DNA of 53,485 bases. Source: Blastocystis sp. subtype 4. Taxonomy: Eukaryota. Each line of letters opens with the position of its first letter. The first letter of the stretch is position 1. The stretch is from the NCBI RefSeq assembly GCF_000743755.1, contig NW_014569512.1, positions 1-53,485 of the forward strand, read 5' to 3'. This document shows positions 40,265 through 53,254 of this stretch, in pieces. Position numbers and translations under genes: made by a program. The notes beneath the pieces are model-generated. The model worked only from the letters and a program-made list of their open reading frames with translations, ran no database searches and was not told the DNA's origin.

Positions 40265-40693
40265 TTAATTAAGCTTCTCAAGTTCTTTGAGACGATTGAT
40301 AATATCAAGCTTATTCACATCCAGGACCTCTCCAGCAACAATATAGTTGTCCAAAATCTCGTAAACCTTGTAGAAACTGAAGATGATGTCCATCTCGTTC
40401 ACGTTCTTGAAATACATATCCAGAGTCTCAACGAAGAAATGAATCGTTTCCAATGTAAGTAACTCATTATCCTCGATATCCACAGCCACTGTAAAGTATA
40501 AACCCGCATAACGTCGGGTGATCAACTTGTACGTACTAAATTCAATGAAGTTTGTCACCTTGCTCTCACGGGTCGAAACAAGCTTATGAATCTCATTCTC
40601 CAAACGACTCTGCTCCTCGAACTCGACTGGCATGTACCATTTTGACAGTCTTGTCTTGCCCTGTTTGTTCTGAAGCAATAGATAGCGAATCAT
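40265..40693 (-). CDS. AP2S1: AP-2 adaptor complex sigma subunit
   Basis: [20 protein letters not shown]...[35 protein letters not shown]; 142 aa, intronless. Confidence 0.88.
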   Translation of the reverse strand: MIRYLLLQNKQGKTRLSKWYMPVEFEEQSRLENEIHKLVSTRESKVTNFIEFSTYKLITRRYAGLYFTVAVDIEDNELLTLETIHFFVETLDMYFKNVNEMDIIFSFYKVYEILDNYIVAGEVLDVNKLDIINRLKELEKLN

Positions 40694-41022
40694 CGAAAAA
40701 ATGGATCATTCGAGGAAATGGAATTGATTATTATAAGTCACTGGACGGTTACTAGTAATGTCGTTTAATTTCGCTTATTTCTTCCTATTTGGGGTTCGGT
40801 ACCAGTGATATTGATGTAAGAATGTAGTTAAAACCGAACCGACGAAGATCATCGTTATGGGTTATGCATAATGATCTATGGACTCCAACCATCTCTACTG
40901 TAAACAAGCAGTAAGAATAGAGAAGATAAATGAAGGATATGGCCCAAAATAGAATAGATTTGGCTATTTATTCATATTTCTGTACCAAGCTCGTTGTTGC
41001 TCAATTTCTCCATCTTTTTCCC

Positions 41023-41330
41023 ATGTCAAAGCCTACGGAGCCCTATGACCCCCAAACTCTGGACCATTACGAGTCTTTCCACAAGGAGATTGATCGAAAT
41101 GGTTACTTGCACATTGCAGGGTATGCCACGGTGTTTGCTCCGTTTGGATGGTTCATCGGTATGAGTGAGATTATTTTGATTGATGGGTAGCAAATGGTAA
41201 AGACAAACGAACTCGCTGTTTTGCAATGCTGGCTTGTGCTTGTCTAGGAGCCTATTGTGGTCACTGTGTTGCTATCACTTCTGCGCGAGAGAGATTGGAG
41301 AAGAGACGTTGGTTTAAGTATCACTGCTAA
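41023..41330 (+). CDS. Small (~90 aa) two-helix membrane protein of unknown function
   Basis: MSKPTEPYDP...YLHIAGYATVFAPFGWFI|ANGKDKRTRCFAMLACACLGAYCGHCVAITSARERLEKRRWFKYHC* via one 32-nt intron; TGTTTGTT downstream. Confidence 0.6.
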
Positions 41331-41404
41331 GTCTTTGATATCAGTATATCTAGTTCGATTCAATGCAATTTTAGTATGAAGTGTTTGTTGACTAGGAACT
41401 ACTC

Positions 41405-42141
41405 ATGTTTATTATGTCGAAGGGACAACTACACGCATTTGAGAACCGTTGGGTTCTCCTTGAACAGTGCTATATTGACAACCGAGCTGATCGGTCCAAA
41501 GGGTATGACAATTCGTTCGATAAACTTTGCATTATCGACACAGTTGAATCATTTTGGAAATTCTGGAGAGGACTTCCAGCAATAACGTTGAGGTTGAAAT
41601 ATGGGATTTAGGAATAGAGATGTCTTTTATGATGGATGTGAAAAAGTTGTTGAACGCACGGATTCCCGAGTTCCAGATGGCGCACCACGTAAGTGTAGAG
41701 TAGATCCGAACTGGAGATATGATGGATAGATTATTGGACAGTGTATTTTTAAAGAGGGCATCGAGCCGAAATATGAAGACCCCCACAATGAACATGGAGG
41801 TCACTGGATGTGTGTTTTTCTTAGTGGTGGCGATTGGATGGTTTCATTTCGTAGAAGAGGACCATGACACATTATCAGTATTCTGGGAGGCTTTGGTGAT
41901 GAGTCTTTTGGGAGAGGCACTTGACCCGGCAGACAATATTACGGGAGCTCGTGTCATTGATAAATCAAATCCGGGACACAATCAAATAAACTATCGAGTG
42001 GAGGTGTGGTTTGGAGATTGGAGCAATGAAGAATTCAAAACACATTTGCAAGAAGAGTTAGCTGCTCTGCTGAAGAAATGCGGTTGTAAAGCAACAGACA
42101 TATCAATGCAAATTAATGATACCAATAAATATGCAAAATAA
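41405..42141 (+). CDS. eIF4E: eIF4E family cap-binding protein
   Basis: HAFENRWVL, IDTVESFW, IFKEGIEPKYEDPHNEHGGHW, FWEALVMSLLGE, ITGARV, RVEVW. Confidence 0.9.
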
Positions 42142-42212
42142 TGAATTATTTGTTTCAGAGTAATGAAAAGACTATGACCATCTCATTGCTACTACAAACA
42201 TTCTACAAAGAA

Positions 42213-44040
42213 CTAAATCTCCATTGTATCATCTCCAAACTGTTTACGTATTGAGGCTGTGAGATTGAAGGCTTCTGCATCCTCCGGCAGACTACTAGGT
42301 TCTTCTGGCATCGATTGACGTCGCTGCACTCGAAGATTCCGCTTTTTATCATTCTTTCCATTTCCTGAGACGGTTGTAGATCCCAGGAACTCCGTTTCAT
42401 ATTCATTATCCTCGGTCATAATGCCAACTTTTGCATTATGCTCCAGACTATCTGCAAGACTCACTTGACCCGCCAGTTTTCCTCCGGGAAGATAACTACA
42501 CATCAACATTACAACCACCAGAATAATAGCTGGTATCAGGGTAATAAAGAAAGGTAAATCTGCTTGCTGGTTGTATAGCTCTTCGAGAAGAAGAGGTGAC
42601 ACGATGTAAGCAAGTTGACCTCCAACATTCGCCAAGGATAGAGCTTTCCCATGCGTCTCCTCGGTACTTTCAGCCTGCAATGAAAATACATGAGAAACCC
42701 TACAGAAAGAATGGAGGGAGCAACTGGGGCATAAAATCCGTAACCCACAATGATAAGAATAGCTCCCACAAAGTACCAGACACGATTGCTGTAGATACAA
42801 ATGATACAAGCGATGGCTATGATTAAGAATGATTATCAATAGGACCTCCAACAATACCAGCAAATGAACCCACTGTAGGGATGCTGATCCCTCTGTCATT
42901 AATGAGCCATCGGAATAAGAAGCCTGTCTGAAAGATATTCAGAGCACTTCCAACTGCACTAAGCAGACTAGTAGTGAGATTCATTCTATATTACGACCTG
43001 AACTGAAGAGAAGTTAATTCATGTTTGACACTTCCAAACTGACAGACAATTGTGTCAAAGATGGAAAATATGAATTTGTTACAAAACTCGCAGATGATAG
43101 CAATCACAATGAGATAGTTGATTGTCAGATGAGCGTTCTTTATTTTCTCTTTTTCTATGGATTCATTCGTCTCAGATCTCTTACGCTCCATTCGCAACGA
43201 TGCAAAGAATTTGGTTTGAATCTCATCAACTTCTATCAATCAGACCACTCCTCCAGTCTAACCCTTATCGGCAGCACTTAACAAGGACTCATCCAAACCT
43301 CCTATGAATCATGTCAATGGTTCACAGCTACGTCTGTTCGCCTGCTTCACCATTGTAAAGGTACGGAGTAACTGACGTTTCTCTACAACCGATTCAACAG
43401 ACTCAGGAAGAAAGAATAGGGCATAGATGAAACCGAAACAATCACAAGCCACTCCGAAGAATCGAAGCATCAAACCAACTCTTTAAAGCTTACATTGCAT
43501 AACGGACACTCTTTGTTGAGATTAAACCGGCAATGAGAGGCCCGATACACTGCCCAGCATTCATGACTGCCTCCAAACGAGCTAAACATGTTGCTCTTTC
43601 CTTTGACGATGATATATCTGCAACATAGGCTTGGGTGATAGATATGACACAGTCGAACAATCCAGAAAGACAACGTAACAGAATATATACGTAGTGATTA
43701 CTTGCCGTAAAACAGAAAAAGTGACCTAGAAGTGAGTCGAGAGACTAAAAACGACAAATGGAGAGACCACCGAGAGAAATGATGAGTGTATTACGTCGAC
43801 CAATCTTGTCGCTAATAGCTCCAAAGTAGAGAAAACCTAAAATCATAAGAGTAACAAAAATGGACTAAGGAGTTGAGTAAAATAATAACCACTGAAACTA
43901 ATAGCATAGAGAAGTCCATCAATCCCGATTTCCATATTCAAATAGGGAATCATAGGTAAGATGGAATAGAAGGATGTGATATGAGAAAAGTTCACAATAT
44001 ATAAATTCCATCGCTGCCATTGTTGACGAGATCCATTCAT
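42213..44040 (-). CDS. Major facilitator superfamily transporter
   Basis: MFS motif A (FGAISDKIGRRN); multiple hydrophobic exons; HGKALSLANVGGQLAYIVSPLL. Confidence 0.8.
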
Positions 44041-44409
44041 GTCCAATTAGGATGAATATGAGTGGCTTTTCATTAGTTGTATTTCGACAAATAGAAGTGA
44101 TTTAAATCAATACACTCAATTGCACGCAAAGATTCCTTATAAATGCTGATTCGTATGAATATATCGAATTATGATGACTTCTCCTAATAATCCGTTTCAA
44201 AATGTGTAGAGAGAATGATCCGAACGGTTCTTCTCTTCCTTATGGACAATCATGCTATCTGCAAGAATTGAAGTATCAAGCAATATCGGAAACCGATTCA
44301 ATGAACCAAATAGATTGCAGTCAAACTGGTGAATTATCACCAATTCTGCAGTGGAGAGAGGTACAGACGTCATTGCATGACTAATGACGTCATTTATTGT
44401 CTCTCTTTT

Positions 44410-46771
44410 ATGGGTTGCTCTAGTAGTCGCATTACTCCAACCTTCCAATATGCATCCACTCTCCCCAATACAGAAGATGTGGAACATGGATTGGTAGAAG
44501 TCTATTCGGTTCTTCACTGCTAGGGAGCTATTTATCGTGCTATAGGATACGAAGACCACTTTAAGTGTACAATCAATGACGATATTCATACCTTTCCTGA
44601 TCTCTATGCGTTTGTACTTTTCGACCCTTTTACTCTAGTTTTGGATCCAAGAGAAATCCAGGTGCAGCATTTCTAGGGTATCGTCCCAATAATCAGGGTG
44701 TTATAGGGGACTATGAATGGATAACGTAGCCAATTGTTGGATAATGAAGTATTAGGTATGAAGAATGTACGAAAGCTATCGAGGCCTACTCGCGTGCCTT
44801 GGTGAAGTATGATCTGTTGTCAGTGACAGATGGAACAAAGAAACGGTCTGATGGAACTCCAGTTAAGATATATGTCTATTTTCATCAATAGATGAGAACA
44901 ATTGGGCATTTCTTAAGGAATTGTCCAACTGCTGTTATCTCCCAGTATGGTGTTTGGAGGGTAAATGGTACGGTTGTGACTCTGTACGACACTCTGGGTC
45001 CTGAAGCTCTTGCGTAGGAATCGAGGAAGAGGTTCATTGGTAGGACGATTGTAAGTGAGGCAGAGTTGAAGACTGTTGTCTGTACTCCCGCTTCCGGTAT
45101 GATGTTATTGCGCTGTTTGGATACGGACCCAGAGAGATTTAGTTTTATCAAGAATTTGATTATTGTAGGAATTCTGAAATGAGTTGAGAATAGGATGGAA
45201 CAATTTCAGAGGAGTTAATGAGTATGGGAGAGCGTTATCAGGTTCGACTGTATTGTTTTGAAGAGTTGGTGAAGGAAGGTGCTTCGTTGCCTGAGGTTGA
45301 AACATCTCTCTTGACTCCAGAAGATATGTGTATGATTTGTTACACATCGGGTACTACAGGGGTTCCGAAGGGGGCATTGCTAACCCATGGAAATATGATT
45401 GCTGTGTCGACAGCAGTGGTTCAGTACATTGATACCATCGGAGGTCTGACGAATGAAGATATTCATATGTCGTATCTCCCAATGGCTCATGTTTTTGAGC
45501 ACTTTGTGCAGTCTGCTATTGTCTACTACGGAGCGCGAATTGGGTTCTATCAAGGAGACACGACAAAGTTAGTGGATGACATTTTGCATCTGCGACCTAC
45601 GATTTTCCCATCAGTTCCTCGACTATTGAACCGAATTACAGACAGTATCTTTGCTAAGGTTCGGAAGCAGAGTGGTATAGTTCAGATGTTGTTTAGCAAA
45701 GGATTTGAAACGAAAGTAGGGGATGGATAGCTGCTTGAAGGATAGAAGTATAATCTTCTTCACGAGAATCGTTTGGATCATCCTGTCTATGACAAATTGG
45801 TTTTCAAGAAGATTTGTTCTGTTATTGGACTGGATCGACTCAAGTTTATTGTCACCGGGTCGGCTCCAATCACAGATGATTGTTTAATTGCCTTGCGTGT
45901 GATTATGGGATGTCCCGTGATCCAGGGATTAGGACTCACAGAGACTGGAGGAGGTATTTGCTGCTCTTATTTCCAAGATAATTGTACTGTGGGTCATTGT
46001 GGAGGTATTATTTGTTGTGGTGAGGCTCGAGTATGTATGATAAGGATGAATGAACTGTAGTTGGTATCTGTTCCTGAAATGGGATACTCAATTACTGATA
46101 CCTATCATGGAAGAGAGGTAGCTGCTGATGGTACAGTGATTCAACCTGGAATTGAATGCAGAGGAAGAGGAGAAGCATGCTTTCGTGGTTGTAACATCAT
46201 TCAAGGTTACTACAAGCGTCCCGAGATCAATAAGGTTGTATTTGATTCGGAGGGTTGGTTCCATTCCGGCGATATTGCAATGTGGCTACCTAATGGCGCT
46301 ATTCAAGTTATTGATCGAAAGAAGGATATCTTTAAGTTGGCACAAGGAGAATACATTTCTCCGGATAAGGTGACAGCTGTATATCAAGAATGTCCTGTTG
46401 TATCTTCAGTCTTTGTGTATGGTGATTCGTACCAGTCCTTCCTGGTGGCGATTGTCGTTCCTGAAGAGAGTGAGTTGCGAAAGGCACTACGAGAACGAGG
46501 AATGGATGAGGCGGACTCGGATTTTGGTAATATGTGCAAGAGTGATGCTGTGCGGGCAGTAGTGTTTGAGGAGATGAGTAAGGTTGCTAACAGCAGTAAG
46601 CTTATGGGTTTCGAGAAGGTGAAAAATGTGTACTGTGATTCAGATCCATGGACTGTCGAGAATGGCATGTTGACTCCCACCATGAAGTTGAAGAGGGATT
46701 ACAGCAAGAATCACTACAAGGGAGTGATTGACCAGTTGTACAAGGAGGGAATGATGAAGATTAAGCAGTAG
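44410..46771 (+). CDS. Long-chain acyl-CoA synthetase
   Basis: ICYTSGTTGVPKGALLTHGN, SYLPMAHVFE, QGLGLTET, GWFHSGDI, IDRKKDIFKLAQGEYISP, LTPTMKLKR; N-terminus MGCSSSR. Confidence 0.95.
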
Positions 46772-47047
46772 TTACAATGTTTGTTGGAATCACAAATGAT
46801 TGGAATCAAAAGAGAGTGATTTGAAAATTGATTCTGCAGGATACTAGGAATATATCTACTGCTAGTGAAGGATACAAAGTGCAACAAGAACTAGCATTCC
46901 CAATTCGAATGGCCTGATTTACCTAGGATTGGTTGTTTTAGACAATAGTGAAGTGATTGCTAGAACGTTCTTCAGGGGATATTTGTCCATTCCCGCGAAG
47001 ACAGGGAGAATCCTCTTTCTTCAGACCCTTTCGTAAGACCAAAGAAA

Positions 47048-49598
47048 ATGCAAACTTTTGATATTCCGTCATCGATTGCTTTACCTTCCTATGAATTCAC
47101 GGAATCTGCCGATATCGGTTTGGATTCTTTCGAATTAATACGATGTATTGGATATGGAGCTTATGGGCAAGTGTGGCTGTGTGAAAAGAAGGACTCGAAA
47201 GTTCTGTATGCCATTAAGATCCTAAACAAGGCCCAGTTGGCTCGTCCATCTACACTAAAGCGAACAATCCGTGAACGAGAGTTGCTTGAAGTGGGGATAA
47301 CATTAGGATATGATGTGTAGATCATTGATAGTCCGTTTGTTGTGAAGTTACGCTTCTGTTTTCAGGATGAGTTGAACATCTACTTTGTCACAGACTACTA
47401 TTCTGGCGGAGATTTCTTTGCTTTAGTGGAGCAACAACCATATAACCGATTACCGGAAGCTACCGCTAGACCTTATGTAGTGTTCTGTTGTAGAGTTCAT
47501 ATGTAGTTAGCAGAAGTGATAATGGCGTTGGCAGATCTGCATCAGCGAAATGTCGTTTATCGTGACTTGAAGATGGAGAATATCTTAATGACAAACAGTG
47601 GTCATATCATCCTCACAGACTTGGGAATGAGTTGTCTTCTTCCTCCAGGGCAACGTTCCATCAGTTATGTGGGAACACCTCAATACATGGTAGTGAATTG
47701 GATTCTGCTTTATTGTAGTCTCCCGAGATTATCAATCGTCGAGGCCATGACAAGGATACGGACTATTGGTCATTGGGTGTTCTGGCTTATCAGATGATGG
47801 TTGGCGTAGTTCCGTTTAATGGAAATAGCGTTGAAGTGGGTGTAAGGAAGGACTGATATTCAGACGATTTTTTCTCGAATCACACGTCAAGCAGTGATTC
47901 AACCGCCTATGTTATCACTCAATGCTCGCAATCTCATTACTGCACTGTTGGAGAAGGTATTCCATTGGGTTCAATGTTACTCGTAGAATCCAGAAGATCG
48001 TCTTGGTCATCATGGTATTGAAGAGATCATGAGTCATCCATTCTTCCGAGGGGTGGATTGGGATGCAGTTCGGTGTCGTTCAACCCCTCTTCCTTTGACG
48101 CCAGCCTATACACAGATGACGAGTATCGCCAGTGGTGAGATATCCCCGAAAGGAGTTGGTATATCTGAGTTGTATGATGATCAGCCATCCATTTTTGATC
48201 GCTTCTCCCCCTATGTTGATGGGACGAATCGTTATCTCCAGAAGCAGTTACTAAAGCAGACACTAGTATCCTGGATGCGATATGAGATTAATCCTCGTTT
48301 GCTCTGTCACTTCGACTCCCGAGTGTTTGGAATCGTTCCCTCGAGAGGGATCTGGCCGCAAGAACGTCGAGGAGATCACACACTTTCGGGGAATGGGTAC
48401 TTTCCATACAACTCGAAGGATGAATTAATCGCACATCTCCAGAACGAACGGTCTCTTTTCCCCAATCTTGTTCTCTGTCTTAGTCAGATGTCAGCAACAA
48501 TTGAAGAAAAAACGGTCCTCTTTGAAGGTGACAGGTGTGTGTGTCAGTGGCGAATCTGGGGGTTTCTGTAATGAAGTGATTTGAATTATAGTCGAAACGA
48601 AGCTGATGCCTTTGTCTGCTTACATGGTTCGATGACAGCTCGTATCACAGCAGATGTAGGATTGGTGTGTGTATACCAAGTAGAATATGATCCATCAATT
48701 GGATATCAACACTTCGATTTCACCTATGCTATTATTCTCATCGCTAAGTGACACTCCTTCTGCTCTTGCAATCCAAAGTCCGGTTGATATTCTTCATTGT
48801 ATCGTTCAGACACTGGAACATCCGACAACAAAGGGTAAGACTGGATGGAGCTGTGACAAGTAGCTTTCGAGGAGATTCTTCGGAGTTCAGCTATGCAGAC
48901 TCTTCAATCGTATGATATCCATATCCAGAAGACATCAGTTGAGACTGTTGCAGTGATGCGTCTGAGTTGATGTTCTCTGTGATATATAGGACTCCAACAA
49001 GTAGTTCCGACGTTGTACGAGGCACTACGGAATCGATGTGTTAGCGTCATCTCCCGACCTGTGTTGCCCACTCCATCGAATTCGATTTCGTTTGTCCTTT
49101 CGGGTGTCCATGTGTCGACACTCTTTGGTCTGGCTCCTGTCAATGATATTGCCCATGTCTATGGCTACTTGTCGATAAACAACAATCAATTGAATGGAGT
49201 GATACGGTTGGATGCTTTGTGTGACTACACTGCACTCCAGGATCTGATTCGTGTGATTCAGGGAAATGAAGACGCCATCCTCAATAACCTCATCAATAGT
49301 CTCCGTTTTGATGTTGTTCTTTGTCTTGGTCTTCACCGTAGGGAGAGATTGAAAGAGCGTGTTGGCTGGAAATATGCAATGGGTTTAGGAAGTGTGATGT
49401 GATGTTGATTATGGTGAGTATCAAACAGTTGGCAAAGCAATGGTATTTGAAGGTAGGAAGAAGTAAAGTATTAGTATGTAGGGAAAAGATGAGTCGATTG
49501 ATGAGATTTATCAGTGTATCCAATCAAAATTGAATATTGAGAGTTGGGAGAATTTGCTGTCAAGTGACGAGGCTTGCCTGTCGATTCCCAGCTTGTAG
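47048..49598 (+). CDS. AGC-group Ser/Thr kinase with long C-terminal extension (start and end approximate)
   Basis: IGYGAYGQV, YAIK, YRDLKMEN, TDLG, YVGTPQYM-SPE, DYWSLG, HPFFRGVDW; spliced extension of several hundred residues. Confidence 0.85.
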
Positions 49599-49779
49599 TT
49601 GAATAGATGCGAATTTACAGCTAGGATCCAGAAAAAGTTGTTTATTTTATTACTATCTGTTGCAGTTCAAGAGTTTCTTTCTCATGAGTTGGTTCGTGCT
49701 ACTTTCTATCTTGTTTGTTATTGTTACCTGCTCTTTAATCATTACTGACAAAGAACACTAACTATCACATTATTTGTTT

Positions 49780-51093
49780 ATGAGCATTGACTTATCACAA
49801 TATATTGAGCCTCTTGAGGTTTGTTTGGACCAGAAGCAGCAGGCTCTTACGATTCCGTATATATGTAACTCGATGACAGTAACTCCAAATACAGCCAAAT
49901 TGTAGGTACACGATATCGGGAACGAGTTTTGTAGGATTCTTAAAGAAATTGCTGAAAAGCGAAAAGAGGCTGTGATTGCTGTGCTATGTGTGACAGGAAT
50001 TAGGAATGGCAAGTACACAATGTTTTTGTGTAGTTCAAATGCATTACAAGGTATTCTTATGTTTGGCTTGTCATTGTGAGATATGCGGAGTGGATTCTCG
50101 TTAATCACATCTGTTCATTACTATAGTGTATCCCCCAGATCCAATATTTCAATTTCAGATGGTGTTGGTGTTGGAAGGAATCGTGAGGTGTAGATTTGTA
50201 ATTCGATAAACGGAGCAATTCGAGATCGAGGAGCTGAAGTGGATATCTCGAGGTTGAAGTGGTGGTGGCTGTTGATGTGTAGCCATTCCCACATTATCAA
50301 TAGTTCGATTAAATTGAATCAGTCTGCTTCTCGAACATTCTCTCCTCCAAATATGCAGTAAATGTGTTCCTGTCATTCAATCTAGAGTTCACTCTTCTCC
50401 ATCAAAGAATCTTCTAAAATCGGGTGCTTCGCAATCAAGTGTTAAGAGTTTATTTGCAAAGGCGCCTTCAAAGAAGAAGGAATCAAGTCTGGTAGTTGAG
50501 AAGGAAGTGGTAAAGGAGAGTGTATCAGTTAAGAAGAGTACGGTAGCAAAGGAAACTACAACCGCTGAGGAAGATCTATTTGATGAAGAGGAGAGCGACG
50601 ATGATGTAATTGCTGTAGTTGTAATATGGGGAGTCGATGTATAGAAACGCAATCGGATTCGTCAGCTACAGTTGTATGCTGATAGTGAGGAAGAAGAGAC
50701 TCCCAAGGAGGAGATAGAAAACTCTCGGGAGATGGTAGACTCACAAGAATCGCAGGAACGGACGAAATCAAAGAAACGAAGTGAACCTGTCAATGGAGCC
50801 ATGTAGAATTATGTATTCTGACTGATTTTTAGGGATTTCTTTGCAAAGAAAGTACAAAAGGAAACTCCTGAACATCCTGGGAAACGATTGAAGAAGAAGT
50901 TGCGAGAGGTACCTGGTGAGGATGGCTTCTCTTGTATCTGTTATCGAGGGATTGATGATTAGACCTTGAAGAGTACTATGAAGAGGAAGATGTTCCTGAA
51001 GAGATACCAGTGGAGACTCCGGTAGTAAAGCCGAAATCTCCAGTTAAAAAGGCGAAACAAACCTCAATTGCAAGTTTCTTTAGCAAGAAGTGA
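49780..51093 (+). CDS. POLD3: DNA polymerase delta subunit 3 (POLD3/Cdc27/Pol32)-like
   Basis: N-terminal winged-helix-like LTIPYICNSMTVTPNTAK-ILKE, low-complexity middle, GEDGF motif, and terminal PIP box KQTSIASFFSKK*. Confidence 0.75.
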
Positions 51094-51205
51094 GCATTGA
51101 CTTCATTCATGTTTGTTGTTCCAAAGTTACATTTTCTCGAAACAGTTTGTATACGGAATTGTATCATTGATTGAATGTATTAGTAATGCTCTAGACGCTA
51201 TAGCT

Positions 51206-53242
51206 ATGAATGCTGCTGATAAGTTGGCCCAGTTGCGTAGAGGATAGGTGGTGATTTGTAATGGCTAGGGAGCGTTATGGAAGCAAAGAAATTGGATGCA
51301 TATGTAATTCCAAGCGAAGATCAACACATGAGCGAATATGTTCCTGATTGTTATCAAAGGCGTCGTTGGATCTCAGAATTCACTGGATCTGCTGGAACGG
51401 GTTTGGGTAGACTCTTTCGTTGACAAGTAGCAGTAGTAACAAAGAGTGAAGCCCTTCTTTGGACAGATTCTCGCTATTTTCTGCAGGCATCCAACCAGTT
51501 ACCTTCGTTTTGGACGTTGATGAAAATGGGAACGGAAGATTGTCCTAAAATGAGTGTACACGCATGGAAATGTCTTTTACTATAGGAATGGTTAGAAAAC
51601 AATCTTCCAGAGAAGAGTCGTGTTGGAGTGGATGGAACTCTAATCTCGTCTACAAGTGGGGAATTGATAGCAACACGACTGAAAAAGAAATCAATTGAAT
51701 TTGTCTGTGAAAAGGAGAATCTCGTTGATTTAGTGTGGAAGGATCGTCCTGCAATTCCTTGTACACCTGTTGTATATTTGTCAACGGAAGATGCAGGAGA
51801 AAGTGTTCAGAGCAAAGTGAAAAGAGTACTCCAAAGGATATTGATTCATTATAGGTTCGTAAAGCCATTAACGAACTGAATGCTAACACCCTCATTCTGA
51901 CGACACTTGCCGATGTCTGTTGGTTGTTGAATATTCGTGGAGATGATATTGCTTTCAATCCGTATGTCTACGGATATGTCGTTATTGATCCTGAAGCGGT
52001 GCATTTCTTTGTTCATGAAGGTCGTATTGACAATAGTCACTTCAGGGATGTGAATGTGATTCTCCATCCTTATGACTCCTTTTCGTCCTTTATCAATGAA
52101 TTACATGAACGGAGTGATGTGAAGCTGTGTTTTGACAAGAAGGATGTGAGTTTCCAGTTGTCCCAAGCTGTGTCAGATCTGAAGCCTCTTTCAGTTCTGA
52201 AGTAGTCATAAGTGGGAGATGTGATTGTAGTCCTGTGAGTGTAATGAAGGCAATGAAGAACTCGTTAGAAGTAGCTCACATCAAGGAGGCCTTCCTTCGT
52301 GATAGTGTGGCAATGATTCATCTGTTGTATTGGTTGGAAAATCAGATTGATACAGGTCTTACAGAAGTTGAAGTGGCTGAAAAATCGACAGAACTTCGTC
52401 GTGAGCTAGCCGGATCATTCGGAGACTCCTTTGAACCAATTGTAGGATATGGTCGTAATGCTGCCATTGTTCACTACAAGCCAGAGAAAGAAACAGCTGC
52501 TACGCTAGGTCGTGATTCATGTGTCCTGTTGGACACAGGTGGTCAGTACCATTGGGGCACGACAGATATTACACGAACCGTGGTAATTCCATCAGATCCG
52601 TCGTTGAGAAAGGTGAATATGGATTATCGGAGGCGATATACGGCAGTGTTGAAGGGTCATATTGCTCTGGAATGTATTCGTTTCCCCGAAGGAACTCGTG
52701 GTATTCAGTTGGATGTTCTGGCTCGGAAGGCTCTGTGGATGATGGGGCTTGATTATGGACACGGTACAGGTCATGGTGTTGGTTATTTCAGCGGTGTACA
52801 TGAAGGTCCTGATGTGAGAATGCGAAGTGAGGATGATGGATAGTCGATTAGTTGTCGTCCGACACAGTATCAGGGAGGACTAAAGGAGGGAATGACGATG
52901 ACAGACGAGCCGGGATATTATGATGAAGAAGGTGGATACGGCATCCGTATTGAGAATACGTTGTATATCCTTCGAGAATCAGATGATTGGTACCTTAATA
53001 GTAGTGGTTGAGAAGACGGATTATGTGAATGCTTCTTTCGGATGTCGGTTCCTTCATTTTGTCCCATTATCATATGTCCCTATTCAAGCCAGTATGTGTG
53101 TGAAAGAGATGTTAGAAGAGTGGGAGAAGAAATGGCTTCAAGAGTATAATCAAGAATGTGTCGATAGAATGAAGCCTTTGATTCATGATGAAAAGGTATT
53201 AGAGTGGCTACAGAGACAAGCAGACGAGGCGAAAGAATTGTA
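51206..53242 (+). CDS. Xaa-Pro aminopeptidase P (M24B)
   Basis: IPSEDQHMSEY, SEFTGSAGT, LLWTDSRYF, LDTGGQYHWGTTDITRT, HGTGHGVG..VHEGP, TDEPGYY, GIRIEN. Probable poly(A)-completed stop at 53241-53242; the genomic stop is at 53267. Confidence 0.95.
52965..53001 (+). other. U12-type intron with AT-AG termini (37 nt; 40 nt if the next AG is used)
   Basis: ATATCCTT...ACCTTAAT-AG; removal gives GIRIENTLLVVEK in frame. Confidence 0.75.
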
Positions 53243-53246
53243 TGAA

Positions 53247-53254
53247 TGTTTGTT
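53247..53254 (+). promoter_or_regulatory. GU-rich polyadenylation element TGTTTGTT
   Basis: Perfect motif 4 nt after an in-frame TA. Similar elements occur at many gene ends in the window (e.g. ~10638, 16548, 17943, 46788). Confidence 0.75.

Noticed and set aside
40700..41020. Hairpins (GATCAT..ATGATC) and a minus-strand ATATCCTT between AP2S1 and the small membrane gene
   Set aside because: No consistent gene model or recognisable RNA boxes; could be promoter or UTR sequence.
44140..44400. Box C-like ATGATGA and a 60-aa ORF between the MFS and acyl-CoA synthetase genes
   Set aside because: No box D or terminal stem at a suitable distance, and the ORF has no ATG start or recognisable motif.
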